Notes under the pieces: generated by a model
What the model was told of the DNA's origin: nothing
The model's input: only the letters and a program-made list of their open reading frames with translations
The model's database searches: none
Assembly: GCA_002256025.1 (NCBI GenBank)
Contig: NKIB01008526.1
Coordinates: 62,001-106,771, forward strand
Reading direction: 5' to 3'
DNA length: 44,771 nucleotides
Source of the DNA: Asterionella formosa
Taxonomy: Eukaryota
In this document: one piece after another, positions 11,967 through 22,944 of the stretch
Numbering within the stretch: position 1 is the stretch's first letter
How the letters are laid out: each line of letters starts with the position of its first letter
Program-made: the position numbers and the translations under genes

Positions 11967-12569
11967 CTGCAGCTGAACCCCTAGCTCACGCTGGGGTTTA
12001 AAAACAATTAAGTCAGAGTAATCAAACACACACTTCCTACGAGTAAAATGTGAATATATATCGCTACTCGGAGCCTTCACCATGCATAGAACAACCTTTC
12101 TGATGTATGCTTAGATACCACTGTCAGGGATGGTCGAAGTATCTGTATAGGACAACTCAATACCGGTATATCGTTAGGATTTAGAATCTAGCGAGAAACT
12201 GCAGAAAGGAATTTTTAAACTATGCTATAAAGACTTAATTTGTGGGAAATTAGTTTATTTGGCAAAGTAAAAAAACGAAGTTACTTTCTTCAGTTTCTAG
12301 CCAGCCAGAAATAACTTTTGATGCTAGTGTATAGAGTTGACCTATGTATTTAATCATCCCTCAGACCCAGCCAATGTTGAGCAATCATTATCCAAAAAAT
12401 CAACAGAATTGGCCTTTTAAACTGTCTCCAAAATATCGGAATCAGAATCACTTAGTGCCATCCAAATAGGAGTTTTGTGATTTAAATTTTCGTCATATAA
12501 TCTCCTGTTTAACAAATTCCACCATAAGTGCCCGCTCAACTATACATATTTAGATTGGTCAAAGTGAAT

Positions 12570-12905
12570 CAGTTACACTTTTTGCATAAAAATGTCCCAA
12601 CATGCATAATGAGTTACCAGGTAGTCCATAGAACTCGGGACTTTCCTTTTTGACTAAATATGTAGCAAATCAGTAATCGTTTCTATCAATGATAGATAAT
12701 TTTCCTAACTAACTTTTAAATGACTCTTTTTGTTTACTAAAAAGAATATCGAAAAATACAAACGATTTTTGTATTATCATTGAAATTTACAGTTTATTGG
12801 GGTTGGTTTCATGACATACTGGTACTTGTGCTCGCTGCAATATAATGTCATGCCTAGATGATCTTACTAGCTATGTTTAGACAATGCTCAACGCATGCAT
12901 GTTGT
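12570..12905 (+). mobile_element. Left-end fragment of the MULE-like element family seen at 30677-31500
   Basis: CTAAATATGTAGCAAATCAGTAATCGTTTCTATCAATGATA...TTTTAAATGACT...TGCTCAACGCATGCATGT aligns with 30756-30988. Confidence 0.75.
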
Positions 12906-12994
12906 ACTTATGATACTATGTGAAGATGGTCTGTACAGCTCTATGGACAGTAGTTTATTAGCTAGAGTAGGTCTACCAGGTACTGGTACTGGTA

Positions 12995-13330
12995 TGTTGT
13001 GCATCAAAACCTTTGAATGGTTTCTTATCCATACGTACAACTACCAGTACCAATAATGTTTTGACAAGAAACTTGTATATAAGGTTTCTTCCTTGACTTG
13101 GCGTGATAACATCCTCTTCGAGTTGTAGCTGAACCAAGTCTCCTGTCTCCATGTATTGCTCAAGTAACTCCTCCATCTCATCCCGTCAACATTAACACTC
13201 TGGGTATGTGAAGTCCCAGCATTCACAGAAGATGCGATTCCCACAGCCTGCAACTTCTGATTCAATAATGACACAATCATTACAAGTAGCTAGGGCATGG
13301 AACATGATTGTATGGAAGAGGAGATTCATC
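12995..13330 (-). pseudogene. Decayed Cys-rich KolX / P2X7-ballast-like ORF, copy A
   Basis: Across stops and a 4-bp insertion it reads CPTCNDC...CGNRIFCECWDFTYPEC*C*RDEMEELLEQ...SQGRNLIYKFL...KPFKGF. It is colinear with the 23440-23879 relic but has an internal deletion. Confidence 0.6.
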
Positions 13331-14179
13331 AACTGGAGATGCAACAGAACTCAGGGTTGATTGTTGCGTTTGCTGTTATGTTGTTTCTCAAAGCAGAACC
13401 AGATTATTTCTGTAGAGGCAGGATGATTACATGCTCATGGTAGTATACATACTAGTAGCTAACATGTGTTCTGGCAGGGAGTAAAATTATATCTACATTG
13501 AGCAATGTAGGTATAGCATAAATGCATGAATTTCTTCATTCTTTTTGAAATGGCAGTCTATCAATGTGGCACCAATTTCTATTTGTTTAAAAATTCAGAC
13601 AGAAACTTGCATCATGGTAATACACAGAAACAAATTCCCTGTTCCACGTCAATTTCACAACCCTAGTGATATTATACTCCAAACTGGGGTTAAAGTCCAG
13701 GCCGCACGCAACCTTACATAAAGGTAGGAAGGAGTAGATCTACCAGGTACTGCTGTACTGTAGTATGTCTCCATTCATAGGCAGAATTCAACCATTCATT
13801 TTTATATATTATATCATAAATTTTTATGGAACAGCAACCACCAGAAGGTTCTCTAAAGGTATAGTTAAATACTGGTACATATACGTTGAAATGTAAAATA
13901 AAAACAAATATTGTTACCGGGTGTGTGAGTTCATCCGCCTCTAAATACGGTATATTCTGTGGTTAGTATATCATGTAGTGGTTGTTCATCGTCTTTTTAC
14001 GTAACAATCATGTGTTTCATGTACTATTGGGTACCAGGTACCTGGTACCAGGTACCCTTCTTCATTTGCGTATGCACAACCTGGTACCACAGGTCTGCCT
14101 GACATGTATCTGTTCCGACGACCTGTTCAACGTCCATCAATAAACGAGTAGGACTCTCAACATTGTGTTCCCACGAGCC

Positions 14180-17100
14180 ATGAGACTGTCACTTCGAACA
14201 ACAGCGCTGTCGCTGCTACTAGCTTCGGCAATATTTTATCCTGCATCTTGCTTTGCTCCTTACCAATCAATTTCCAGCAATGGTGTCTCGACATCATTTT
14301 CTTCCCGACTCTTCGCCTTGGGATATGACCCCATGCGAAAAGATATGAATGTAGTGTTCGGATCAGGAGCAGACGAAGAGGACATTGATACAGTGGAAGG
14401 AGATCGCCAGCGTGAACAACAGGAGCGAATGGCAAAGATTGAAACATTGCTAGAGACCCAAGAACAGGAGTTTCGCGACGAACGACGACGCAAGGTATGG
14501 GGAAAGTTCTCAAATGCAACAACAAGGGAAGAAGTTGAAATTCTGGAACGAGAAGAAGCGCTGGAGATTGCTAAAGGTACGGCGTATTTTAGCTCCTCCT
14601 GTGAAGTGGCTTGGCATGTTGGTTTGATTCGTTTCCACTTGATCCAATTTGGATGCTAGCCCTAACTTTCTTGATTTATTCTTTCTTTAGAAAATGATAT
14701 GAAGGCATCTGTTGCCCGCGATACAGGTGTGATATTAGAGCTTTTGGAGCCCAAAGATGATAGAGGTGTATATGAAGACCCAGACGGCCTGCGAATGAGC
14801 GCCGGATCAAGTTGGTTTAAAGATGTGGATGAGGAACTGAAACAGGAATGGACTGAAATGGGGGCGAAAGGTACTGATACCCAGTTGGTAGGTGGAAAGA
14901 TTGTCAGTCGAGACGCATTGAAGGGTGTTCGAGTCGGATCAGCCGGTGGGTGGACACTCGAAGTGTTTCCTGGAGACTTTGTTGTCCACCGAAAATACGG
15001 GATCGGGCGATTTGAAAAATTGTGTTTGCGGCCAAAGACCAAATTGACTCAAGAAGAAAAAGCAGCTCAAGAGAAGAGAAGAGTTGAAATCATAACATCT
15101 GAGCTCAGAAATGGAAAAAATAAAGGCGCAACACAAGCGGATATCCAAGCCATTCGAACTAGACTGGGCACTGATTCGGATACAGACCCCATCTCAAACC
15201 CACAAAGCACTGTGCTGGAAATTATGTATGCGGACGGCATCGTTCATGTGCCAGTCGAACGAGCGTACCGACTCAGTCGGTACCGAGCTGGAGATGCTGT
15301 GATAAAACCAAATCTGTCGAAGGTACGAGGAGATTCGTGGCGGAATGCGAAAAAAAAGGTAGAGGAGAATACCTTGGAAATGGCGCAAGATGTACTGGCG
15401 CTTTATGCAACTAGAGAAACTTTGTCCCGTACGCCATTTGACCCATCGGCAGAAGCTGTTATCAAAAAGTTTGAGATGACATTTCCGTTTGAGCCAACGC
15501 CGGACCAGAAAACGTGCTTCGAAGATGTAGAAAACGACATGGTTTGGCGCTCGCGGCCAATGGACCGATTGATTTGTGGAGATGTTGGTTTCGGAAAGAC
15601 AGAAATTGCTCTTCGAGCCTTATTTAGAGCGGTCGTGAATGGCCGCCAGGGTGCACTACTAGCGCCTACGGGTGTTTTGGCTGCACAGCACTTCAAGAAT
15701 GTGCTTAAACGAATGGGACCTGATACTGATTTTCCCTGCAATGTGATTCTTCTTCGTGGTGGCATGGGAAAGAACACAAAGGCAGGTAAGGAATTAAGGG
15801 AAAAGATTGCCAACGGCGAAACCAACCTTATTGTAGGAACACATGCGTTGCTTTCAAATGATCTGGGATTCAAAGACTTGGGTTTACTGGTTGTCGACGA
15901 GGAGCAGCGGTTCGGAGTCAAGCAAAAGGAACGCCTGAAACTCATTTGCAGTGGAATCGACGTCCTCACGATGTCTGCTACGCCCATTCCTCGAACATTG
16001 CAAATGTCTCTAAGTGGCATTAGGGACACGTCCACGCTTCGGTCTCCTCCACCAATGCGGAAGCCTGTAGAGACCGTTGTGCAAGAAATGAATGATGATA
16101 TAATTTACGAAGCCATCAGCCGCGAGCTGGCCCGTGGCGGTCAGTGTTACTACGTTGTACCCCGGATTGCTATGATTGACGACGCACAGGAGAAGATTGA
16201 AGGACTTCATCCAGGTATACGTGTCATCCAGGCGCATGGCCGAATGGGTAGAAATGGTGCAGAGGACAATGTTGCTGAATTCGCTGAAGGGAAGTACGAC
16301 GTATTGCTAGCAACTACAGTCATTGAAAATGGCGTGGATATTCCCACTGTCAATACTATCATCATTCAAAGTTCGCAAGCGTTTGGAATGTCAACGTTAT
16401 ATCAGCTTCGTGGACGTGTTGGGCGGTCCGATAAGCAAGCTTACGCATACTTCCTTTACAAGGAAGATTCTGTTACTGAGCAAGCGGCTATGCGTCTACA
16501 AGCAATTGGGGAACTTAACGAGCTTGGTTCCGGTTTCGATGTTGCAAACAGAGATTTGGAAATCAGAGGTGCGGGAAGTCTTTTGGGAACAGAGCAAAGT
16601 GGTATGGCCGCAAAAGTTGGATTTGACCTGTACATGAGAATGTTGAAGAAATCAATCCGGCAATTAAGGGGTCTGGATTTACCGGTGGTCCTCCGTACGA
16701 ACATTATCTTACCTGGAGGTGAAGCAAGTATAGAAGTTGCTGGGCCCAATGGCACAAGTCACGCGTTCAAAATTCCAGATGATTATATTCCTGACAAGGC
16801 CACTCGAATAGCGGAAGAAACGGCTGCGCGTCTGGCTGAAAGCACTGCGAATCTCGTTGACCTCACAAATAGATGGAAAGACTCATATGGTGCCTTACCG
16901 CAAAAGCTACAAGCGAAATTGAAGACGATGCACTTGCATGCATGTATGCGCCGTTTGGGGGTGGATCTGGCAGGACTCTTAGACAGAGGTGATGGTCAAA
17001 TAGACTGTGTCCTCCGTTCACCTGGCCTTCGACCTCGACATTGGGCCCAGATCTGTTCTTCTTTGCCAAAGGGAACCCCAACCAAGAATCTAAACGTTAT

Positions 17101-17539
17101 TTTCCCAGGTCGCTTCACAATGACAGGCGAGGATGAAGAATTCGCTGGTGGCAATACGCTCAACTTGAAAGCTCTACTGACTGATCCTGCCTTGGATGAC
17201 GATGCGGAAGAATGGGATTCGCTCGACCAAGAGGAGGTGGAAGCCATGAAGGAAATCTCGTCAGCGTTAAATGTCAAATCCCTTGATGAGGTGGATTTGG
17301 AGCAATATCCTCGTTTTGTTGTTCCCAATTTTGGAACCATTCGAGAGGGCCATCGTGTAGATGCATTACTCAAGTTACTACTGCCATCCGCTAAGATTGT
17401 TTTCGAGAGACAAGAAGAGGACAAGGGGAAGGCAAGGGCTGCCGCTGAGCTCAGGGAAAGGCGAGAGTTGTTGAAGAAGAAAAAGAAGGAACTAGACAAC
17501 CAGGAAGACCGTCGATTAGGATATAATTTATTAGAGTAG
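14180..17539 (+). CDS. mfd: Plastid-targeted transcription-repair coupling factor (Mfd/TRCF, RecG-like SF2 helicase); 2 exons (14180-14576, 14691-17539)
   Basis: The signal peptide ends ASC|FAP. A 114 bp GTACGG...CTAAC...TTTAG intron (14577-14690) joins the frames (AK-E-NDMK). Motifs present: CarD/TRCF RID PGDFVVHRKYGIGRF, MDRLICGDVGFGKTE, VVDEEQRFGVKQKERLK, SATPIPRTL, QLRGRVGR and the TRG motif RDLEIRGAGSLLGTEQSG. Confidence 0.96.
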
Positions 17540-17572
17540 TCGTTGCCATGATAGTCTAGCCCCGTGTTGTAA

Positions 17573-18157
17573 TTAGTATGGGCGAGGGTTGTTCATATCA
17601 CTGTATGGATTCCCTTGTCGCCCATCATTGTGAAACCCATTCCCTTCAGCCCGACGAACAGCCTGAGAGAGCAACCCCAGTGCGTCGACTGCCGATGAGG
17701 AGGAGGTAGAGTGTGGACTACCAACACCCAAACCAGCGAGACTTTCTGCTTGTACACCACCTCTATATCCAAGAAGAGTACGTGCTCGTTCAAGGTGGTC
17801 AACATCAACTGCACTAAGGCTTGAGGAGGACGGTGCATTCAAAGCGTTCAGACTGTTCCCGGTATTCATCCCCGATAAGCCAGCTAGTGCTGCCATCGAC
17901 CTGAGTTGAGAAGCCGCATCCATTGAGAACCCTTGATTCCCCGCATGTGCTTGCCTTAAGGCAAGAATGCTCTGAAGTGCAGCCGCTGCGGGAGTGAAAC
18001 GTGACGAATCAGTTGACTGAATGGGTGGTGTTCTATTGTTCGCTCTCACGAGATATTCATTGTCCCACTCGCGAACCGTGGATTGCGATACATTGTGGTG
18101 ATGTCGGTGAACATGATGCTGATGCTGATGCTGATGCTGATGTTGTTGTTGTTGTTG

Positions 18158-18237
<80 letters not shown>

Positions 18238-21200
18238 GTGCTGTAACTTGTGCTTGTGCAACTTGAGATGCCGTCATCCATGGAAACATACTGGATAAGT
18301 TGGAGAGGACTTGTTGTTGTTGCTGTTGCTGTTGCTGTGAATGTGATTGCATATATCTTCGAGCTTCTTCGTGTGCTGACAGCTGAGCTGCGTGTTCTTG
18401 CTGCTGCTTCAAAAGTTGCGCTTGAGCCCACAGCTCAGCATTGGCCAGAATTTGCTCATGGTGACTATCGGCAACTGGGATTTGTTGAAGTTGGTGTTCA
18501 TTCTGATAACGAGCAGTTTGGTGGTTGTGTTGGCGACTCGCCTCATGGTCGTCTTCGATATCGCTGGAGTGCGGTTCCAGTGAATCTTGATCGTCTTGAT
18601 TTTGATTTCCAACATTTTCGACTACATGACTATCGCGCGATGTCAACCGATGCCTTCCAAACAGCTTCTTGTGATCGTAGTAGTAGTTCTTGATTTGCGC
18701 CATAGTTTTTGACTCCACTGCAGACGACAAGAGCGACCAGTTTTTTCCTAAAGAAACAGGGGAAGTCAGAATTAAAAGGAAGGGAAACAGAAAATTACAA
18801 CAACACACTCACCATGTTTCTCGATCGTTTCGAAGAATTGTCGTTTATCCTCCGCAGTCCACTTGTGTGCTTTCCTTCCTAGCATTCCTTTCTCAACAAC
18901 ACCGCATTTTTCGCTGATGATGCTCGATCCACTTGATGTTCTTGGGATCTTTGGTTGATCGTCGCTCGGGTGCTTTGCCGCGACAACTGGTTCTTTCTCG
19001 ACTTGACGTAGAAACTTACGTTGCTCTGTATCCAAGATGAACCAAGGTTCCTTTTGCCTTTTGCGCTTCTTTGACTGAACCCCATCTAGGGAAGCTTCGT
19101 CATAGTGACACAAAGAGATATCAATAGCATCCAATATTTCTCGCTTCATTGGGTGAAGTTTGGAAGTGTGGTAGGTATTGTCGTCCTCTGGAAGATGAAA
19201 AACAAGAGGTTTGTCCTCGGATGTCCCCGCCATCACTTTGGATCCGCTTGCCAGCGCAGCCTGAATTGTGCTATCCCAGTTGTGATATTCCCCTCTTCGT
19301 TTACGGCGCATGAGATGTTCTTTCAAAGCTTGTTTGTACGGGACGATTTGTTTCGAAGCATAGTAGTACGAGATACAGTCCCTTGTCGTTTTGTTACGAA
19401 GAAACGATGCAATCTTTCGGAAATCCTTCGGATGTTGCATGAACCTATCCAGAAAGATGCACTTCTCCATGTCCGTCCACACGTTCGTTATCGACTGCTT
19501 ATAGGATTCTTCCATAGGATCAAAAACTCTTTGGTGAGTAAATGTGTTGAAATAGCTGGCTGTCAACTCTCGTTCCAGCCTACAAATTTGGCGAGGCAAC
19601 TTGGATCCACCATGTGCTATTCGTTTTTCCATTGCCTCTTTTGCTGTCAGCTCGGCGATAATCTGCTCTTGCTCATACTCGGATCGAACAACATCCCCAA
19701 CTGCACCACCAGCATGCCCTCGTCGAGCTCGTCGATAGGGATTGTTCGTCGACCTTCCTGCTCCCCCGCCATTTCCGGAGTCCGCAATTGCTGAGGAGGA
19801 AGTTGAAGGGGCACTGCTGCCATCAAAGCCCAAAATTGAAGATCTGTGGCACCTTGGCTTCGCCCCGCTCGCAGAATTTCCCATTGTTGCTCCTCGCTTC
19901 TTTACCTTTTTCCCGTACAAAGACGTTCTCACAACATATTCCTCCGCAAGCTCGTGCCACCGTTCTGTAAGTTGTCGTTTCATGTCCCGTACATACTCCT
20001 TCACAACAGGACCGATCAGCTCATAAGCATCGTTGATTTGATCAAAATATGGACTTTCAGACGGTTCAGCATATAAGGCATTAGTTAGCCCAGTGACGTG
20101 CCGAGCGAGATTCGTCCACTCTTCATTAGTTTTCCCGTGCTTCGGATCTACTGACTCATTGTCAGACTGGAAAATCGGTAAGAGTGAGAGGGATTCATCT
20201 TGTGCTTGAGCAGCTCGTTGTTTGTTCTCCTCAACAATCTTGGCAATCAGCTCATTGATACCGGCCTCGTGTTGCAAGTTAGGAAGTCTTGACGTCGCTT
20301 CACTTTCCTGTAGTTTCAACTGGTAGTGTGCAGCCGCTCCAGTCGCATTCGTTTCCGCGTTGGCTGCTTCTTTGAAAGCTTTCTGGACTTGGCGTTGCGC
20401 TTTGTTAATGCCGGTGTTGAATACGAGCCCAGCATGTTCCAATTGCTCCTTTAACTCCAACTTTTTCCGTTTCTTGAATTCCGACTTAGCTTGTTTGATG
20501 CGATCTACTAAAGATTCCTCGATGCCCTTCTTCTCAAATTCAAACGATTGCCGGCGAATTTCAATTTCGTTCTTTAATTTTGAGCGGAGATCAATCAATG
20601 CCTGATCTTGTTTCTGTATTTCCTCTTGGCGCTTGCTTGCGACTTCTTCCTTTTCTCGGGCGGTTTCTTCCAACTTCTGCTTCTCCAGGCGCTGTCTCTC
20701 TTTCGATTCCTCTACAATAGCATTACTCAAGGCCTTGTCGGCTCTTTCAACACTTGCCTGACAATCTTTTATTTTGATATCAAGCATTGTCATCGCCTTC
20801 ATGATCAATTGTTTAGTAGGCAACTGAGACGACCCATTGCCTTCTGCCAAGCTAGGAATCGCAACCACTTCGCTCAGCTCTTTCACAGCATCTTCTGCTC
20901 GCCTCACAACCTCGGGATCTCCCAGTGAGGAGCACGTCAATTTCTGAGTCTCTGGCTTGGTGGATGTATGGTTTTCTGGAGGCTTCGGCCGCTTTTCAAC
21001 CGCTCTAGGATCACGTCGAGGAAACGGTCCATTCCAAAAAGGAGATTTTGGCGGTATTGTCAGGCGTTCTACCGTTATTGGACGACCAATATCGGGCACT
21101 TCAAAGGCTGTATGAGGAACGGAAGGGATTTTGTTTCCTTGCTTTTCCATTGGAGGTTGCTGATGTCCCCTAGAATCGTGGTGTTCCAATACGTTTTGCT

Positions 21201-22746
21201 CGTAACTACGACTGTCCGGCTTCATAAGTTCGGGAGGTGCAATGAAGCCACGACTATCCTGGCGATCAAGAATTGATGCTTGAGGTGCGGAATATCCACG
21301 AATTTCCGCCGCCTTCTTTCGAGGGTCGCCTTCGGAAAAAAGTGGTTTAGGGATTACTTCCAGGGATGGGTCTGAGGGTTGCGTCACCAACAAAGTTTTT
21401 TGCGGAGATCCCGAGCCAGTGCCACGATTAGAAGGTGATTGACGTGGTCGATTGAAGGTTACTTGGTCGACTGTGCGATGAGGAGGTTGCTCTATGCGAG
21501 GAGGAACACTGTGATCATTTGCCAAACTAGAGTAGGAGGAAAATCGTCGAGGGCCTGTACTTTGTCCAACTCGACCGCTTCCAAGTCCTCCGAATCCACT
21601 GTCAACTGGTTCACTCTGATTCCTTTCCAGTAAAAGAGGTCGGTTATAAAATGAGTCATCGCTCCTAGGTCGAATCAACCCCGGCTCATCACCAGCGGAA
21701 CGCGAGCGAAATGACGAATCCGAATTCTGCCGTTCAATCCTAGCAATTGGAGTTCGTCCAAACATATCGACAGCTTCACTGGATCGCTCTGGTTGAGGAA
21801 TACGTCCAAAAGTCTCTGTGGATGAAGATTCAGTTCTCGGAGCTCTCCCAAATGGGTCCAACGCTTCTGCAGGTCGTCGGAAGGGTTCGTCAGTGCCGGC
21901 TCGATTAAAAGACGTATCTCTTTGTTGTGGCTGTACCGTAAAGGAGTCACGTCGATTCCCGTTGCCCCGACCAGGTCGGCTCGAAAAAATTCCAGGTCTA
22001 AAAGGCGGAACGTTGTTGAATGAGCTAGTCGGAACATGCGGCCCGTTCCCTCTACCTGCGACAAAACTCAAATTGCGAACAGGCTTGTTCGAGGAAGGTG
22101 ATCGATGTACGTGAGGTGGGCCTTGTTCTGTACGGTTTGGGGACTCTCCTGACGCAGTGTCATTGATAGGAGTCGTAAGCTGACGAGGATCTGTGGGACG
22201 TAGTGGTCCTCCGGTATTGCTCAGAGAGGTTACTTCTGTGTGTCCTAGATTTCGTGGGTCCGTCGGTCTACTATGATTGTTTCGAGGATCACTTGAACGA
22301 AATACATCCGAAGTAGGAGCATTGCTGCGACCTGAAAAACTGGGAGTCCGTTGAATCCCCCCACTTGGAGGGCCTGGTGACTGCTCCGACCAAGACCGGC
22401 GTAGTGGCCATCCCGAACCTCTGCCTGCACTTGTAGAGAATGCAGGAGCTCTTCGAAAGCCTCGATCTGGCAACGACCGAGGTCCCCGGTTGATCGGAGC
22501 AGGAAGACGATTTGTCGGCTGCAGTGCACTCAGATTAATCGTATTTATGCCTGATGGATTAACCGCAGCATGGTTGGCATTGCTGTTGTTGTTATTGTTG
22601 TTCACTGGAGCAGGAAGGGGAGCAATTGTGCTGGTGAGGTTGGCAGACGGTGTACGAACTGGCGAAGCGATCTCTCCTTCTTCTTCGCCAATTTCTCCCT
22701 CTTCTTCGCTGTAGTGTCGCCGATATTGGTTCGAGCGGAAAGTCAT
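17573..22746 (-). CDS. NCoR/SMRT/Snt1-like nuclear corepressor with two SANT/Myb domains; exons 22746-18813 and 18747-17573
   Basis: SANT1 is WTDMEKCIFLDRFMQHPKDFRKIASFLRNKTTRDCISYYY. SANT2, WTAEDKRQFFETIEKHG|KNWSLLSSAVESKTMAQIKNYY, is restored by removing a 65 bp GTGAGT...TAG intron (18812-18748). It also has DVVRSEYE, a long coiled coil, a disordered R/P/S-rich N-terminus and a poly-Q tail. The start at ATG 22746 is inferred. Confidence 0.9.
18112..18236 (-). repeat. Coding trinucleotide/hexanucleotide microsatellite (CAG)n(CAA)n(CATCAG)n encoding poly-Q then (HQ)n
   Basis: The plus strand shows (TGATGC)n(TGT)n(TGC)n, in frame with the SANT protein's last exon. Confidence 0.95.
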
Positions 22747-22944
22747 GCTTCTGAAGTCAATGGATTTGTTTAAAAGGTAATGGTTGGAGCTGTCATGACA
22801 GCGAAACGCATTGCAGTCTTGAGTAACACCTTTGATGTATTCTTCGTACAACGGGTAGGTACGGACCAGGTACTGGTGCATTGCTGAACTTGCTTGAACA
22901 AACCAGGTACCGGTACTGGTAACAGGTACCTGGTACTCCGTTAG

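Larger units (their letters stand above)
10931..13713. mobile_element. Degenerate Kolobok-like DNA transposon relic, copy A (contains a nested MITE and a MULE-like fragment)
   Basis: The left end is TTAA|GGCTCC (TTAA at 10927-10930) and the candidate right end is AACC|TTAC (13713), with an imperfect inverted match once the MITE is removed. 11974-12448 aligns with 22984-23434, and it shares a decayed ORF with copy B. The ends are tentative. Confidence 0.5.

Noticed and set aside
15403..17499. Long antisense ORFs (15403..16035, 16996..17499) opposite mfd
   Set aside because: These are shadow frames of a strongly conserved gene and carry no motifs.
17972..18049. Possible extra intron (GTGAGA...CAG) in the last exon of the SANT gene
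   Set aside because: The frame is open without splicing and the nearest good acceptor would shift the frame. It cannot be decided without RNA data.
18001..18431. Poly-Ala/Leu/Ser/Val ORFs
   Set aside because: These are alternative frames of the CAG/CAA microsatellite.
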